Shown here piece by piece: positions 8,366-19,033 of a DNA stretch of 64,000 nucleotides (position 1 is its first letter; each line of letters begins with the position of its first letter). Made by a program: the position numbers and the translations under genes. The notes beneath the pieces are model-generated. The model was given only the letters and a program-made list of their open reading frames with translations, was not told where the DNA came from and searched no databases. The DNA is taken from NCBI GenBank assembly GCA_965215265.1, contig OZ244048.1:2976001-3040000 (forward strand), read 5' to 3'. This DNA comes from Candidatus Poribacteria bacterium (GTDB lineage Bacteria > Poribacteria > WGA-4E > WGA-3G).

Positions 8366-10933
8366 CTAAACCTTATTTAAGCGGGCCGCTATCTCCCCAA
8401 ACTCGTGCTCATTGAACACCAATTGAAAGATACCGACGCGTTTCGGTCCTTCCCGTACCATGAGTCTGCCTGCGGTGTTAAATGCGCCCTCAAGCGTTTC
8501 TAATACTTTTCGCTTGTATTCGGTATCAAGGTTACCGCTGAGATGTTGCCCCTTTGTGTCAAAGATTAGGACGCGCGTCACGCCTCCTATTTCGTTTGCG
8601 ATGGCGACGAAGTCCGGGTAGATACGCCCCGGCTTCCACCCCTGAAGGTAATATTCACCGTGTTGCCGCGCAGCGACACGATGCCACCAACGTATTGCCT
8701 TCTCCTCATCGAGATAATACGCAAATTTCTTTTCTAACTCGTTATCAAATTGTTGTTCAAAGACCGGCTCAAACAGGCTTAACTGTACAGGTTCGCCATA
8801 CTTTGCGAGAGGGTTGGCGGCAGCATCAACCGGTATCTCATAGCTATCTACGATGCGATAATTAGGTTCTCGTGCCTCTAAGTCGAACCGGATCTCACCT
8901 TGTTCCAGCTTTCTCTGAAACACTTGCTCTGCCTGTTTCTCTACCTGACTTTTGACATGTTCCCGTAGTGCGTGCGCGAGGTAAGCGCGGCGATCGTAAA
9001 TGTCCGCTTCGGTTTCCCCCTCGGCTTTCAAACATGCGTCCATTTGTGCTGCAAGTCGTGCAGCTTGCCAAAGATTCGGTACAATGTCTGACAACCGGCG
9101 TGCAAAATCGGAGATGTCTACTCGCTTTTCGATTGGGAGGTCTTGATCTGGGTGGAAGACAGGTTTTGTTTCATCGACATCAACCGTTGCAGATTGCCGT
9201 TTGACGTGCTGCGGCATAGATGCCTTTGGATCTGGGGGCTCCAGCGCGGGCCAGTCTATGTGCGGTAGAATATGTGCCCGATAATTGAGCTGGACCCACT
9301 GATCATTGTCCTCCTCTCTATGGAGTACCATGGGCAGGTAAATCTCCTGATTTTGGAACGGCTGACGCCGTTGCACCGTCCGCTGCTGTGCCATTCGTGC
9401 CTTGCCGCTGCCTGCCGGGGCACTGGATCCTCCGATGACTTCATCATCTAAGCCTGTCAACCCTTCTGCTTCTAGCCCGCGTTTGACCTGCTGAACGACG
9501 GCACCGACCTCGGTGTTATTGCAATAGACGTAACACTGATCAAGTAAGGTGTTGCCGGTGAGCTGCGCGTGTGGTTGCCGCATGACCCGCCCTACCAGTT
9601 GTGTGATCGCTTTTTGTGCCTGCGTATTGTCGAGCATCACTAAGATATAGGCAAACGGGCAATCCCAGCCCTCCATCAATGCGGCTTTAGTGATGATCCA
9701 ACGCACGTTTGAAAATTCGGAGAGGAGATTTTCGCGTCCGAGTTCGTCATTTTCTGCGGATTTAACGCGAATTGCAGCAGGCGGTACGTTTAGGTTTTGG
9801 GTGAGGTACTCCCGTACATCTTCGGCATGGATGCGTATGCCGTCGCGCTGCTTTTTGCCGGTGCGTTCTACACGGACCACGGCGATCGGGCGGATATACC
9901 GGCCGGTGGTGCTCTCCAACGCTCGTGCCGTATCGTCAAGTCGGGCCAGTTCGTCTGCGGCCTGGCTGAGGGTCAATTGCCACTCTGCATTCGGGAAGGA
10001 TGTTACCTGTACTGGCAGCTTTATCATCTCCTCTTTTTTCAAGTCAGGTCCTTCCACGTCGACGAGGAGGTTGCTAATGCCGCGGTTTGGGGTGGCAGAG
10101 AGCTCGATAACCAGTCGTGGGTCGAGACGATTGATGGATTTAGCAAACTCTTCATTGGACTGCCGGCTCTTCGCGCCGTAGGCTTTATGTGCTTCATCGA
10201 GTACGATGACGGGCTGCAGCATTTTGAACACATTAAACAGGCTCTCTTTGACGAGTCTGCCATCGGTTGTATCCAGGTCTGGATATTGATTGAGCAGACG
10301 GGCATCGCTGAAGACGACATCCTTGTCTGGAAAAAAACTGGGGTAACGTCCGGAATCTTTAAACATCCGCAGGAACTCTCTGCCCTTTTGTCGGTTCGCT
10401 GCTGGTAACATGAGCAGCATGACGCAGAGATAGTTGTCGATGTCGTCTGCGTTGAAGTTATCCTCTTTCTCGAGCATTTTGAGACGGCCGGCGGCTGCGC
10501 GGTTCAACATTTTACGATAGGGGTGCCGCTTATCCCACAAAGCGTTTTTCGTCTGCGTGTAGATGGCCTTACTCGTTACAACCCACAAGACTAATCCTCG
10601 CTGCCAAGGGATCCGTTCCAATGCAGCTGCGGCAAGCAGCGTTTTACCGCCGCCCGTCGGTACTTTGAAACAGATATGCGGAATAGGGCGATGGGCCTCA
10701 TCGGTGCGTTCAACGTACTCATTCGTCCGCGCTGCAATTATCCCGTCTTCTGATAGTTTTTTCCACGCAGCTTTCGGATAATTCCGTAACTCATCCGGAA
10801 TCGGCATAGTAGTTGGGTTCTGTTTAATCACCCTAATCAGGGTTTCTGAGTCACGTTGTGTCTCTTGAAGGGTTTCCAACCATTGGCTGAAAGTGTCAAG
10901 TGTGTTACGTTGATACTGCTTTAATTCCATCAT
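8366..10933 (-). CDS. res: Type III restriction enzyme Res subunit (SF2 helicase + PD-(D/E)XK nuclease)
   Basis: 'KVPTGGGKT', 'LDEAH', 'LSATP', 'EGWDCP', 'QLVGRVMRQP', 'YPDFV...DTKG'; lies downstream of mod genes. Confidence 0.92.
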   Translation of the reverse strand: MMELKQYQRNTLDTFSQWLETLQETQRDSETLIRVIKQNPTTMPIPDELRNYPKAAWKKLSEDGIIAARTNEYVERTDEAHRPIPHICFKVPTGGGKTLLAAAALERIPWQRGLVLWVVTSKAIYTQTKNALWDKRHPYRKMLNRAAAGRLKMLEKEDNFNADDIDNYLCVMLLMLPAANRQKGREFLRMFKDSGRYPSFFPDKDVVFSDARLLNQYPDLDTTDGRLVKESLFNVFKMLQPVIVLDEAHKAYGAKSRQSNEEFAKSINRLDPRLVIELSATPNRGISNLLVDVEGPDLKKEEMIKLPVQVTSFPNAEWQLTLSQAADELARLDDTARALESTTGRYIRPIAVVRVERTGKKQRDGIRIHAEDVREYLTQNLNVPPAAIRVKSAENDELGRENLLSEFSNVRWIITKAALMEGWDCPFAYILVMLDNTQAQKAITQLVGRVMRQPHAQLTGNTLLDQCYVYCNNTEVGAVVQQVKRGLEAEGLTGLDDEVIGGSSAPAGSGKARMAQQRTVQRRQPFQNQEIYLPMVLHREEDNDQWVQLNYRAHILPHIDWPALEPPDPKASMPQHVKRQSATVDVDETKPVFHPDQDLPIEKRVDISDFARRLSDIVPNLWQAARLAAQMDACLKAEGETEADIYDRRAYLAHALREHVKSQVEKQAEQVFQRKLEQGEIRFDLEAREPNYRIVDSYEIPVDAAANPLAKYGEPVQLSLFEPVFEQQFDNELEKKFAYYLDEEKAIRWWHRVAARQHGEYYLQGWKPGRIYPDFVAIANEIGGVTRVLIFDTKGQHLSGNLDTEYKRKVLETLEGAFNTAGRLMVREGPKRVGIFQLVFNEHEFGEIAARLNKV

Positions 10934-10945
10934 ATCGTTGCCTCT

Positions 10946-12472
10946 CTATCTTTCGTGCAGGGCATCGGGCAGTTGGCAAAATGTAATGCCCAAGTTTGTG
11001 AGTTCGCGTTGCCCGATGTAAGTGCCCGCTCCATACACAACCGCCCGCCTATTCTTATCACGGCTGGCATCGTGGATTTGGCGCGCCCGCTCTAAGGTGA
11101 GCATAGCCGCATCGCTCTGCAGGTAGTCGAGAGCCGGTTTGTAGAGGAGATAGTAGTCCGTTGTGTCGTCGCTATGAAAAAGTCCGTTCTCATTTTTCGC
11201 GGAGAGTGCATCAGTTGGGACGGCAACGCCGGAGGCGGTATAGAGGAGGTTTGCGGCGAGTGTTGCATACGGGGGTAAGGCTTCTCCTGTGAGCATTGTG
11301 TCGGCTGTGATGGGTTCGCCGAGGGTGCAGTAGGTAAAGGAGCCGCCTAATCCGTCCCGGAGTGGTGCGTTGCGTGCTGTGGGGATGCCGTTGATGACGC
11401 GTCTGACACGTTCAGCGGTGATGGTATCGGCATAATCTTCGCATTCAATGAGGATGAACTTTCGGTTGCCGTTATCTGCTTTGTTGAGGGCGAGGACAGC
11501 ATGGGCGGTGGTACCGCTGCCGGCGAAGGAGTCTAAGATGATGGCAGACTGATCATCCAGCATCCCTATCATTCTCTGAATGAGATTGACATTCTTTTCG
11601 CCATTAGGAAAATTGAAACGAGTATCGTATTCTTGAATATCTGTCCAATTAGAATCCAACATTTTGCTATTACTAGCATCAATCAAGTATTGAGGTTTCC
11701 CAGTACGCGGATTGGCACGTAGTCTCCCGTTGGCGATTAGCTTCGCCGCCCTTTCCTTAGAATACATCCAATGTCTTCCCTTTGGAGGTTGCATACCAAA
11801 AAGTTCATACGCTGTTGAAGTTTCACCAGGAGCATCAAAGGCATGCCAGCGTTTTCCTTTTTCCTGAAATGTTGTTGGTGGCTTAATTAACCCCGATGAG
11901 GATTTAGCATAAAATAAAACGAAATTGTATCCACGATTTAAGGCGCGGATGTGCTCGCCTGCTCTGATACTTTTCTTCACCCTGGCGACAGCGAAAATGT
12001 TGCGAAAGTTCTCCTCCCCAAAAATCTCGTCCATCAACATCCGCAGGTGGTGTTGCTCATTATCATCAATAGAAATAAAAATGATACCATCTTCGGCAAG
12101 CAGTTCTTTGAGCAGATGCAATCTCGGCCACATCATACACAACCATTTATCGTGCCGTTCTAAGTCTTCACCGTCAACAGGCTGGTTAGCCATAAGCCAG
12201 CCTTTCATCAGCGGACTGTTGACGTTGTCGTTGTAAACCCACCCTTCATTGCCGGTGTTGTAGGGCGGATCGATATAGATGCACTTAATACGGTTGGCAT
12301 ACCGGGGCAGCAATGCTTTGAGTGCATGCAGGTTATCGCCGTGGATGATGAGATTATCATCTGCTTGGGCAGGGTTACAGGAACGGTTAGTGTCCTGTTC
12401 CAGTGGGCGGTATGGGACGGTGAGGTGGTGTGCATAGATATGCTGTTTGCCTTTGAACTCAAGTGTGGGCAT
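10946..12472 (-). CDS. mod: Type III Mod adenine methyltransferase, copy A (TRD ~11543-12017)
   Basis: 'IYIDPPYNTG', 'ISIDDNE', 'LDSFAGSGTT'. Alternative start at 12508. Confidence 0.92.
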   Translation of the reverse strand: MPTLEFKGKQHIYAHHLTVPYRPLEQDTNRSCNPAQADDNLIIHGDNLHALKALLPRYANRIKCIYIDPPYNTGNEGWVYNDNVNSPLMKGWLMANQPVDGEDLERHDKWLCMMWPRLHLLKELLAEDGIIFISIDDNEQHHLRMLMDEIFGEENFRNIFAVARVKKSIRAGEHIRALNRGYNFVLFYAKSSSGLIKPPTTFQEKGKRWHAFDAPGETSTAYELFGMQPPKGRHWMYSKERAAKLIANGRLRANPRTGKPQYLIDASNSKMLDSNWTDIQEYDTRFNFPNGEKNVNLIQRMIGMLDDQSAIILDSFAGSGTTAHAVLALNKADNGNRKFILIECEDYADTITAERVRRVINGIPTARNAPLRDGLGGSFTYCTLGEPITADTMLTGEALPPYATLAANLLYTASGVAVPTDALSAKNENGLFHSDDTTDYYLLYKPALDYLQSDAAMLTLERARQIHDASRDKNRRAVVYGAGTYIGQRELTNLGITFCQLPDALHER

Positions 12473-12519
12473 TGGACAACTCCAGTCAGTATGATTTGAA
12501 AAAGTCATTTACCTCAATT

Positions 12520-12548
12520 AGCATATCACATATCACGTGGAAAGTCAA
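12520..12548 (-). promoter_or_regulatory. sigma70-like promoter between the two mod copies
   Basis: TTGACT-17 nt-TATGCT on the minus strand. Confidence 0.6.
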
Positions 12549-12588
12549 GAGAATATTCAATCTTTTAGGAGGATATTTGGTTTGAGTT

Positions 12589-14250
12589 TTACCTTTCGTG
12601 CAGGGCATCCGGCAGTTGGCAAAATGTAATGCCCAAGTTTGTGAGTTCGCGTTGCCCGATGTAAGTGCCCGCTCCATACACAACCGCCCGCCTATTCTTA
12701 TCACGGCTGGCATCGTGGATTTGGCGCGCCCGCTCTAAGTTAAGCATAGCCGCATCGCTCTGCAGGTAGTCGAGGACCGGTTTGTAGAGGAGATAGTAAT
12801 CCGTTGTGTCGTCGCTATGAAAAAGCCCGTTCTCATTTTTCGCGGCGAGTGCATCAGTTGGGACGGCAACACCGGATGCAGTATAGAGGAGGTTTGCGGC
12901 GAGTGTTGCATACGGGGGTAAGGCTTCTCCTGTGAGCATTGTGTCGGCTGTGATGGGTTCGCCGAGGGTGCAGTAGGTAAAGGAGCCGCCTAATCCGTCC
13001 CGGAGCGGTGCGTCGCGTGCTGTGGGGATGCCGTTGATGACGCGTCTGACACGTTCAGCGGTGATGGTTTGGGCATAATCTTCGCATTCAATGAGGATGA
13101 ACTTTCGGTTGCCGCTGTCTGCTTTGTTGAGGGCGAGGACAGCATGGGCGGTGGTACCGCTGCCGGCGAAGGAGTCTAAGATGATATCATCTTCGCCGCA
13201 AACCATGTTAATCAGATATTTTATTAACGAAGTTGGCTTGGGATAGTCAAATTTATCAGTACCAATAATGGAAACCAATTCTTTATTTGCTTCTTCATTA
13301 GTACCTACTTGACATTCCTTATGCGTGATGAGGTTCGACGGGATCTTCACCCGTTGGTTCTGTTTACGCTCATAACGGATAGAAAACTGATGGCTCTTTA
13401 TGAGGAACTGCGTTTCGGCTGCAATCTCGCGCGTGACAGTCTCTTGCACCCATTTAAATCGGCCTTCCACCTTTAGATTATTCAGGAGCTTCCCATTTTT
13501 CACCCGAACTTCCTTAAGGAGCCTCACTCTTCCATAATTTCCGGGGTTATAGGCTCCATCTCTAAGATTGACTGTGCCAAATGCCTCCTTTGGGAATTCG
13601 AGGGAGCGAACGGTATTTGACTCATTGAGTAACGGCATGTCTCCCCCTGCCGTTTGCCCACCGAAGAGCTGGAGTTTTTTATCGGCCGATTTCCTGTAAC
13701 AAATCAACGGTTCCAGTTTTCGGCGGATAGTCTTTGACAAACTAGGTGGGGTTGCCGTTCGCATCCAAGCGAACTGTGCAGCGAAGTTGGTTTTGCCAAA
13801 AATCTCATCCATCAACATCCGCAGGTGGTGTTGCTCATTATCATCAATCGAAATAAAAATGATACCATCTTCGGCAAGCAGTTCTTTTAACAGATGCAAT
13901 CTCGGCCACATCATACACAACCATTTATCGTGCCGTTCTAAGTCTTCACCGTCAACAGGCTGGTTAGCCAGAAGCCAGCCTTTCATCAGCGGACTGTTGA
14001 CGTTGTCGTTGTAAACCCACCCTTCATTGCCGGTGTTGTAGGGCGGATCGATATAGATGCACTTAATACGGTTGGCATACCGGGGCAGCAATGCTTTGAG
14101 TGCATGCAGGTTATCGCCGTGGATGATGAGATTATCATCTGCTTGGGCAGGGTTACAGGAACGGTTAGTGTCCTGTTCCAGTGGGCGGTATGGGACGGTG
14201 AGGTGGTGTGCATAGATATGCTGTTTGCCTTTGAACTCAAGTGTGGGCAT
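12589..14250 (-). CDS. mod: Type III Mod adenine methyltransferase, copy B (TRD ~13186-13795)
   Basis: N- and C-terminal regions near-identical to copy A at DNA level; unrelated central domain ending 'FDYPKPTSLI'. Confidence 0.92.
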   Translation of the reverse strand: MPTLEFKGKQHIYAHHLTVPYRPLEQDTNRSCNPAQADDNLIIHGDNLHALKALLPRYANRIKCIYIDPPYNTGNEGWVYNDNVNSPLMKGWLLANQPVDGEDLERHDKWLCMMWPRLHLLKELLAEDGIIFISIDDNEQHHLRMLMDEIFGKTNFAAQFAWMRTATPPSLSKTIRRKLEPLICYRKSADKKLQLFGGQTAGGDMPLLNESNTVRSLEFPKEAFGTVNLRDGAYNPGNYGRVRLLKEVRVKNGKLLNNLKVEGRFKWVQETVTREIAAETQFLIKSHQFSIRYERKQNQRVKIPSNLITHKECQVGTNEEANKELVSIIGTDKFDYPKPTSLIKYLINMVCGEDDIILDSFAGSGTTAHAVLALNKADSGNRKFILIECEDYAQTITAERVRRVINGIPTARDAPLRDGLGGSFTYCTLGEPITADTMLTGEALPPYATLAANLLYTASGVAVPTDALAAKNENGLFHSDDTTDYYLLYKPVLDYLQSDAAMLNLERARQIHDASRDKNRRAVVYGAGTYIGQRELTNLGITFCQLPDALHER

Positions 14251-14350
14251 TGGACAACTCCAATTCAGAAGTGCGGTTGATCCAAAATTTGCTGTGAAAA
14301 TATCCAAATATGTTGAATTTCAGCGGAGCAGCGTGAGCAACCTTTTTAAG

Positions 14351-14380
14351 AGTTTAGCATAAATTAGTAGCGGATGTCAA
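14351..14380 (-). promoter_or_regulatory. sigma70-like promoter for mod B
   Basis: TTGACA-18 nt-TAAACT with a TG extension. Confidence 0.55.
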
Positions 14381-14546
14381 GCAATTTCTCTACTTGTCTC
14401 TTGACATTCATGCTACATTACCCGGTAGGAGTTGGCTTTTGCCTATAAGTTTCGGTTTGTCGCCTTGAGATTCGGCGTGCCCCCACAGGTCTTCCGGGCG
14501 ATGTGATGCAGGGGAAAGAGAAGTTTTGAAGAGTGGTTAAGTTGTG

Positions 14547-15329
14547 TTATTTCCCCTGTATGGTACTAATCTCATCTTCAGAGATTTTGTGGACGCTTTT
14601 GGGGTTGAAGGTCTGGGTTGTGTCTATGCGGAGTGCTACCTCTATTCTGCCCCCGGTGAGTACAAAGAATTGGATTAAGAACCCGCCGCCTTGCATGGCT
14701 TCGACCTGATATTCATCCGGGTCAAGTCCGTCCATCCAGGTTGGGAGTGCTGCGTCAAAGCGGGTGTCAGTGATGACTTCGTAGGGCAGTGCAATGATGA
14801 GGGTGCCGGGTGCATCGCCGATGGCATTTCCGATAATGTGCCGTTTATCTACCATGAAGGGTACAACGCGGCTGGCGTATTCAAAATCGTCGGCTGTGGT
14901 TCTTTCTGGTGGGACAATTCCCCAGGTCAAGTGGTGGATAAAAGGGTTTCCGTATCCCTGCGCGAGCATATGTTGGCGTGCTATTTTGTCAACCGGATGT
15001 ACGACAGCGACATAGTCAAACCAACCATCGTATCGAGCCGGATTGTCTGATGGCAGCTGCGCGGAGACGTTGATGTAGTCACATCCATCAACTGGGGAGG
15101 GATAACAACGTGCATCCCATCCGTTAATATAACCGAGTTGTTTCAGTCCGTCTGCGACGAGGTGTGGTGGATCACAGAAAATTGCAGCGTGATCCATGTT
15201 AGGGCGGAGTTGGATGCCGGCCTGGGTAACGTGCGTTGCCACCTCGGTCGCCTCTGCGAAACGTTGTTCTGCGTTTTCAATTGTTAGGTAGTTATTGAAA
15301 TTGGTGGGCAATATAATTGTGCGTTGCAT
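14547..15329 (-). CDS. Hypothetical protein, probably VOC/HPPD-like metalloprotein
   Basis: GGAGG SD before ATG 15329. 'DHAA', 'IHHLTW' and 'LIQFF..GRIEVALR' resemble HPPD-type metal-ligand motifs. Confidence 0.6.
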   Translation of the reverse strand: MQRTIILPTNFNNYLTIENAEQRFAEATEVATHVTQAGIQLRPNMDHAAIFCDPPHLVADGLKQLGYINGWDARCYPSPVDGCDYINVSAQLPSDNPARYDGWFDYVAVVHPVDKIARQHMLAQGYGNPFIHHLTWGIVPPERTTADDFEYASRVVPFMVDKRHIIGNAIGDAPGTLIIALPYEVITDTRFDAALPTWMDGLDPDEYQVEAMQGGGFLIQFFVLTGGRIEVALRIDTTQTFNPKSVHKISEDEISTIQGK

Positions 15330-15489
15330 GAAGGACCTCCTACAACAGAATTTTAGCAAAAATTATCTTTGGGTGCAACTGTTTTTTTTGTCCGCGATTC
15401 GTGGCATTAAGTGTTATAGATGTTTTACAGTTTTCTGAGTTAGGATTTATGGATTTATGAGTTTTCAGGTGCGTAGGAGATGAGGTTCG

Positions 15490-15625
15490 TAGTAGCGCGA
15501 TGAATTGCGCGTTACGGGGTTATAGAAAATGGGGTGCCGTGTTATTTTCGTTCAGCGGAGCGATAGGTGTATAGAAACGCGTGTCTCTCCACTTAACTGC
15601 TCCGTTAGAAGCACAATGTTTATAC
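15490..15625. repeat. REP-like intergenic palindromes
   Basis: GTAGTAGCGCGATGAATTGCGCGTTAC (GTAG plus hairpin) and GCGGAGC...GCTCCGT; TTCAGCGGAGC also occurs at ~14319. Confidence 0.5.
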
Positions 15626-15727
15626 AAAAACGATTCATCGCACATTTTTGTAGGGGAATCTGCTGTGCCCGGTGTGCGGCGGTATACTTTCTGTTCGTTG
15701 TGGGGTGATTCATCGTAAGGCTCTATT

Positions 15728-17650
15728 TCAAGCGTTAGATGCGTGTTCGGTGCGAATCCAAACAGCCATCTGCCCTTGTTCACGATTGCACCATGCATAG
15801 TAAGGAATCGCGGTGACTTCTATGGATTTGCGTTTGTGTGGGGTTCTCCGATAGAGCTGGTCTTTCCAATCCGTGGGTTCGGTTATCATACCTCTGCCTC
15901 GGATCTGGGTGATGCCGCCCAAGCGATCAGCGGTAAACTCTGCTTCCAATTCGGCGTTTTCAGGAATGGACAACGTCTGGAGAATCCCATCAGGATTGTC
16001 ACATTCCTCAAAACAGTAAACAAGTGGTCCTCGCCGTAAAGCAAATCTTCCGAGGTTTTCTGTAACAAGCGGATGTGCATAAATTCGAACCGTCGGCATT
16101 GACAAAATTAATTCTACAGTATCGTTTGGCTGCCATTCGCGAGAAATTGAGAGATATCCGTTGGTATCCATCCGCTGTGAGTTGTCTAATTTGCCGTTGA
16201 TACGGACGGTGAACTCGTCGCACCAACTTGGAATTCGCAGGTTGAATGCAAAGGGAACGGGGGCTTTTGGTGTAAGGGTTAGCTTGATATCACCACTCCA
16301 CGGATAGTCAGTTTCTTGTCTGATTTCGACACCGGTATTTCCTGCGACGGTGGCTAAAGCCGTCCCGCCGATATATAAGTTAACCCAGATGCCTTCGTCA
16401 TCTTGGGCGTAGATGTACTGCCCCAAAGAGGCGAGAAGTCGGGCGATATTGGGTGGACAACATGCGCATCCAAACCAACTGTGGCGGTGCCGGTCGCCGT
16501 GGCTACCGAGCGGATTTTGGTAAAAGAAGCTTGTACCATCTAACGCGAGCCCGGACAGGATGCCGTTATAAAGGGCAGTCTCTAGGACATCAATGTAGCG
16601 TGATTCTCCGTGCAGTAGGAACATGCGCTGTGCCCAGAATACTAGCCCGATAGAGGCACAAGTTTCCGCGTAAGCCGAGAAGTTTGGCAATTCATAGTCA
16701 GTGGTGAATCCTTCATTGTGGGCAGAGGGGCCGATGCCGCCGGTGATATAAAACCGTTTCTCTGTTACATTGCGCCACAGTTGTTCCAATGCGTCAATGA
16801 GTGCTGGATTTCTAGTCTTCGCAGCGATGTCAGCTGCAGCAGCATAGAGGTACATGGCGCGTACTGCATGCCCGACACACTCTGTCTGCTGCTCTATCGG
16901 GAGATGTGCTTGTGCATAGCACCCATCAAACTTCCCGTTGCGTGTAAAGTGATGCCGGTAAGCCGCAATTCCACCGCAAATATCCGAATTCTGCAATTCT
17001 TTTTCAAAAATTGAAGGCGATTGCCCGCGTCGTGTGAGAAAGAATTGGGCGAGTTCGAAATAGCGCGATTCGTCTGTTGCCTCTGCCAACTTGACAAGTG
17101 CGAGTTCAATTTCCTCGTGTCCCGGAGTACCGTCCCGCTTTCCGTCGCCAAAAATGCTGTCAATATGCTCGGCGAACTGAGTAGCAACATCCAGGAGGGT
17201 TGTCTTTGCTGTTGCTTGGTAGTGGGCAACGCCTGCCTCAAACAGATGCCCGGCGCAGTATAATTCGTGCATCATACCGAGATTCTGCCATCTTTTGGTC
17301 GGTTCAACTAATGTGAAGTAGGTATTGACGTACCCGTCGGATTGTTGACTTTTGGCAATTTTGGTGATAAGCTCCTCAAGCTCACTCTCCCATGGTGGGT
17401 GTGGATGGGTGTACAACGTGTAGGAGGCGGCCTCTACCAATTTGTAAACATCTGAGTCGTTAAAAAAAATGCCCTCAAATTCGCCGTCCATTAAACCGCC
17501 TGCTTTCGCGAAGTTATCAATTCGCCCAGTTATACGGCACTGCTTGAGTTGGTGTGGAATGGTCTTCTGTGAGTTTGTTAGTTGACGGGGTGCCCAAAAC
17601 CCGTCGGCGATAGTGACAGCAGTAAAGGGCAACGGCTTCAAAACGGACAT
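15728..17650 (-). CDS. GH127 beta-L-arabinofuranosidase-like glycoside hydrolase
   Basis: 'FNDSDVYK', 'HELYCAGH', 'GHEEIELAL', 'GHAVRA', 'YAETCAS', 'CACCPPN'. Confidence 0.92.
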   Translation of the reverse strand: MSVLKPLPFTAVTIADGFWAPRQLTNSQKTIPHQLKQCRITGRIDNFAKAGGLMDGEFEGIFFNDSDVYKLVEAASYTLYTHPHPPWESELEELITKIAKSQQSDGYVNTYFTLVEPTKRWQNLGMMHELYCAGHLFEAGVAHYQATAKTTLLDVATQFAEHIDSIFGDGKRDGTPGHEEIELALVKLAEATDESRYFELAQFFLTRRGQSPSIFEKELQNSDICGGIAAYRHHFTRNGKFDGCYAQAHLPIEQQTECVGHAVRAMYLYAAAADIAAKTRNPALIDALEQLWRNVTEKRFYITGGIGPSAHNEGFTTDYELPNFSAYAETCASIGLVFWAQRMFLLHGESRYIDVLETALYNGILSGLALDGTSFFYQNPLGSHGDRHRHSWFGCACCPPNIARLLASLGQYIYAQDDEGIWVNLYIGGTALATVAGNTGVEIRQETDYPWSGDIKLTLTPKAPVPFAFNLRIPSWCDEFTVRINGKLDNSQRMDTNGYLSISREWQPNDTVELILSMPTVRIYAHPLVTENLGRFALRRGPLVYCFEECDNPDGILQTLSIPENAELEAEFTADRLGGITQIRGRGMITEPTDWKDQLYRRTPHKRKSIEVTAIPYYAWCNREQGQMAVWIRTEHASNA

Positions 17651-17781
17651 CTATTTATCTCCTTTCTCTGGGTTCCGGCAAGACTTACCGGCTTCTTATT
17701 GCAATCCGATGCAACGTCTGATTCGGGGCGTAACGTTCTAAACCTTGCCGTTAATTGTGGCATATTTATAGCGATTCATAT

Positions 17782-18867
17782 CTACAAGATTTGATGCTGT
17801 GCGAGTTTCTGCTTATTGAACATGATACCGTGTCCTGGGCGATTGGGCGGTGAAAAGTGCCCGTCTCTGAGCGTCAACGTGTCATCAAGGATTGGATCTA
17901 ATGATGGGATGTATTCCACAAAGAGGGAGTGTGGTACAGCGGCAGACAGATGTACGTGCAAATCCATCAAAAAATGCGGTGAGACCGACAGGCCAAAGGA
18001 TTCAGCTGTATGTGCGACTTTCATCCATTCGGAGATCCCGCCGACGCGAACAGCATCTGGCTGCAGGATATCCGCTGCGCCTTGTGCAATATACTCTTGA
18101 AATACATACTTATTGTAGAGTGTCTCACCGACCGCGATAGGGATAGTGGTTTTCTCACGGAGGAGGGCGTGGCTATCTACATCGTCAGCCTCAATCGGTT
18201 CTTCGAACCAGAAAAGGTCAGCATCTTCTACGCGACAAGCGAGTTGTATGGCTTCGCGGGCGTTCCACTTCATATTGGCATCTATCATCAAAAAGGGCTG
18301 CTGCCCGATCGCTTTTCGGACTGCGTAGATTCTGGCGACATCTTCGTGGAGGCTGTCTCTGCCGACTTTAATCTTAATGCCTTTGAAGCCTTGCTGCACA
18401 AATTCCACAGATTGGCGGACCAGTTCATCCTCAGAGAGGTGGAGCCATCCGCCGTCAGTGTTGTAAACAGGAACGGCGGGTCTAGCGCCGCCGAGGAGTT
18501 GATAGAGCGGCAAATCGGCGCGCTTTGCCATCAAATCCCACAACGCAATATCGACAGCGGCGATGCCCAAACCGACAATGCCTCCCCTACCGACCCAATG
18601 TGTCTCCATCCACATCCTGTTCCAAATTCGGTCAATGTTCGCTGCATCCTCTTCAAGCAAGATAGGCGTGAGATAGGCATCCATAATAGATTTTATGGCT
18701 TCTCCACCCTTGCCGATGGTGTAGGAAAAGCCTGTGCCTATTACGCCATCGGCATCTTCGAGCTCGATGAAGGGGAATTCCATAGACACAAAAGTCTGGA
18801 TAGCATCAACCCGCTTGACTTGTGGTGGGATATCGTAAAGTGCAGTGCGAACTGCTTTGATTTTCAT
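17782..18867 (-). CDS. Mandelate racemase/muconate lactonizing enzyme family
   Basis: 'AAVDIALWDL', 'KIKVG', 'IDAN', 'WFEEP', 'GE', 'QPD'. Confidence 0.9.
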   Translation of the reverse strand: MKIKAVRTALYDIPPQVKRVDAIQTFVSMEFPFIELEDADGVIGTGFSYTIGKGGEAIKSIMDAYLTPILLEEDAANIDRIWNRMWMETHWVGRGGIVGLGIAAVDIALWDLMAKRADLPLYQLLGGARPAVPVYNTDGGWLHLSEDELVRQSVEFVQQGFKGIKIKVGRDSLHEDVARIYAVRKAIGQQPFLMIDANMKWNAREAIQLACRVEDADLFWFEEPIEADDVDSHALLREKTTIPIAVGETLYNKYVFQEYIAQGAADILQPDAVRVGGISEWMKVAHTAESFGLSVSPHFLMDLHVHLSAAVPHSLFVEYIPSLDPILDDTLTLRDGHFSPPNRPGHGIMFNKQKLAQHQIL

Positions 18868-19033
18868 CTTTTTATCTCCGGATTTGGTTAGGTATCGGCA
18901 TTAAGGTAGAATGCCGGTGAATAAAAAATGCCTTTATGAATTCGTGAATGGGTTTCCGCGGGTATCAGTGCCTTAATAGTCGTGTCTGGGCATTCTGCAG
19001 CGTGTCTCCTAAGAGACTTTGGTCTGATGCATT

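Noticed and set aside
18010-18891. 293-aa plus-strand ORF
   Set aside because: Antisense shadow of the mandelate racemase-family gene.
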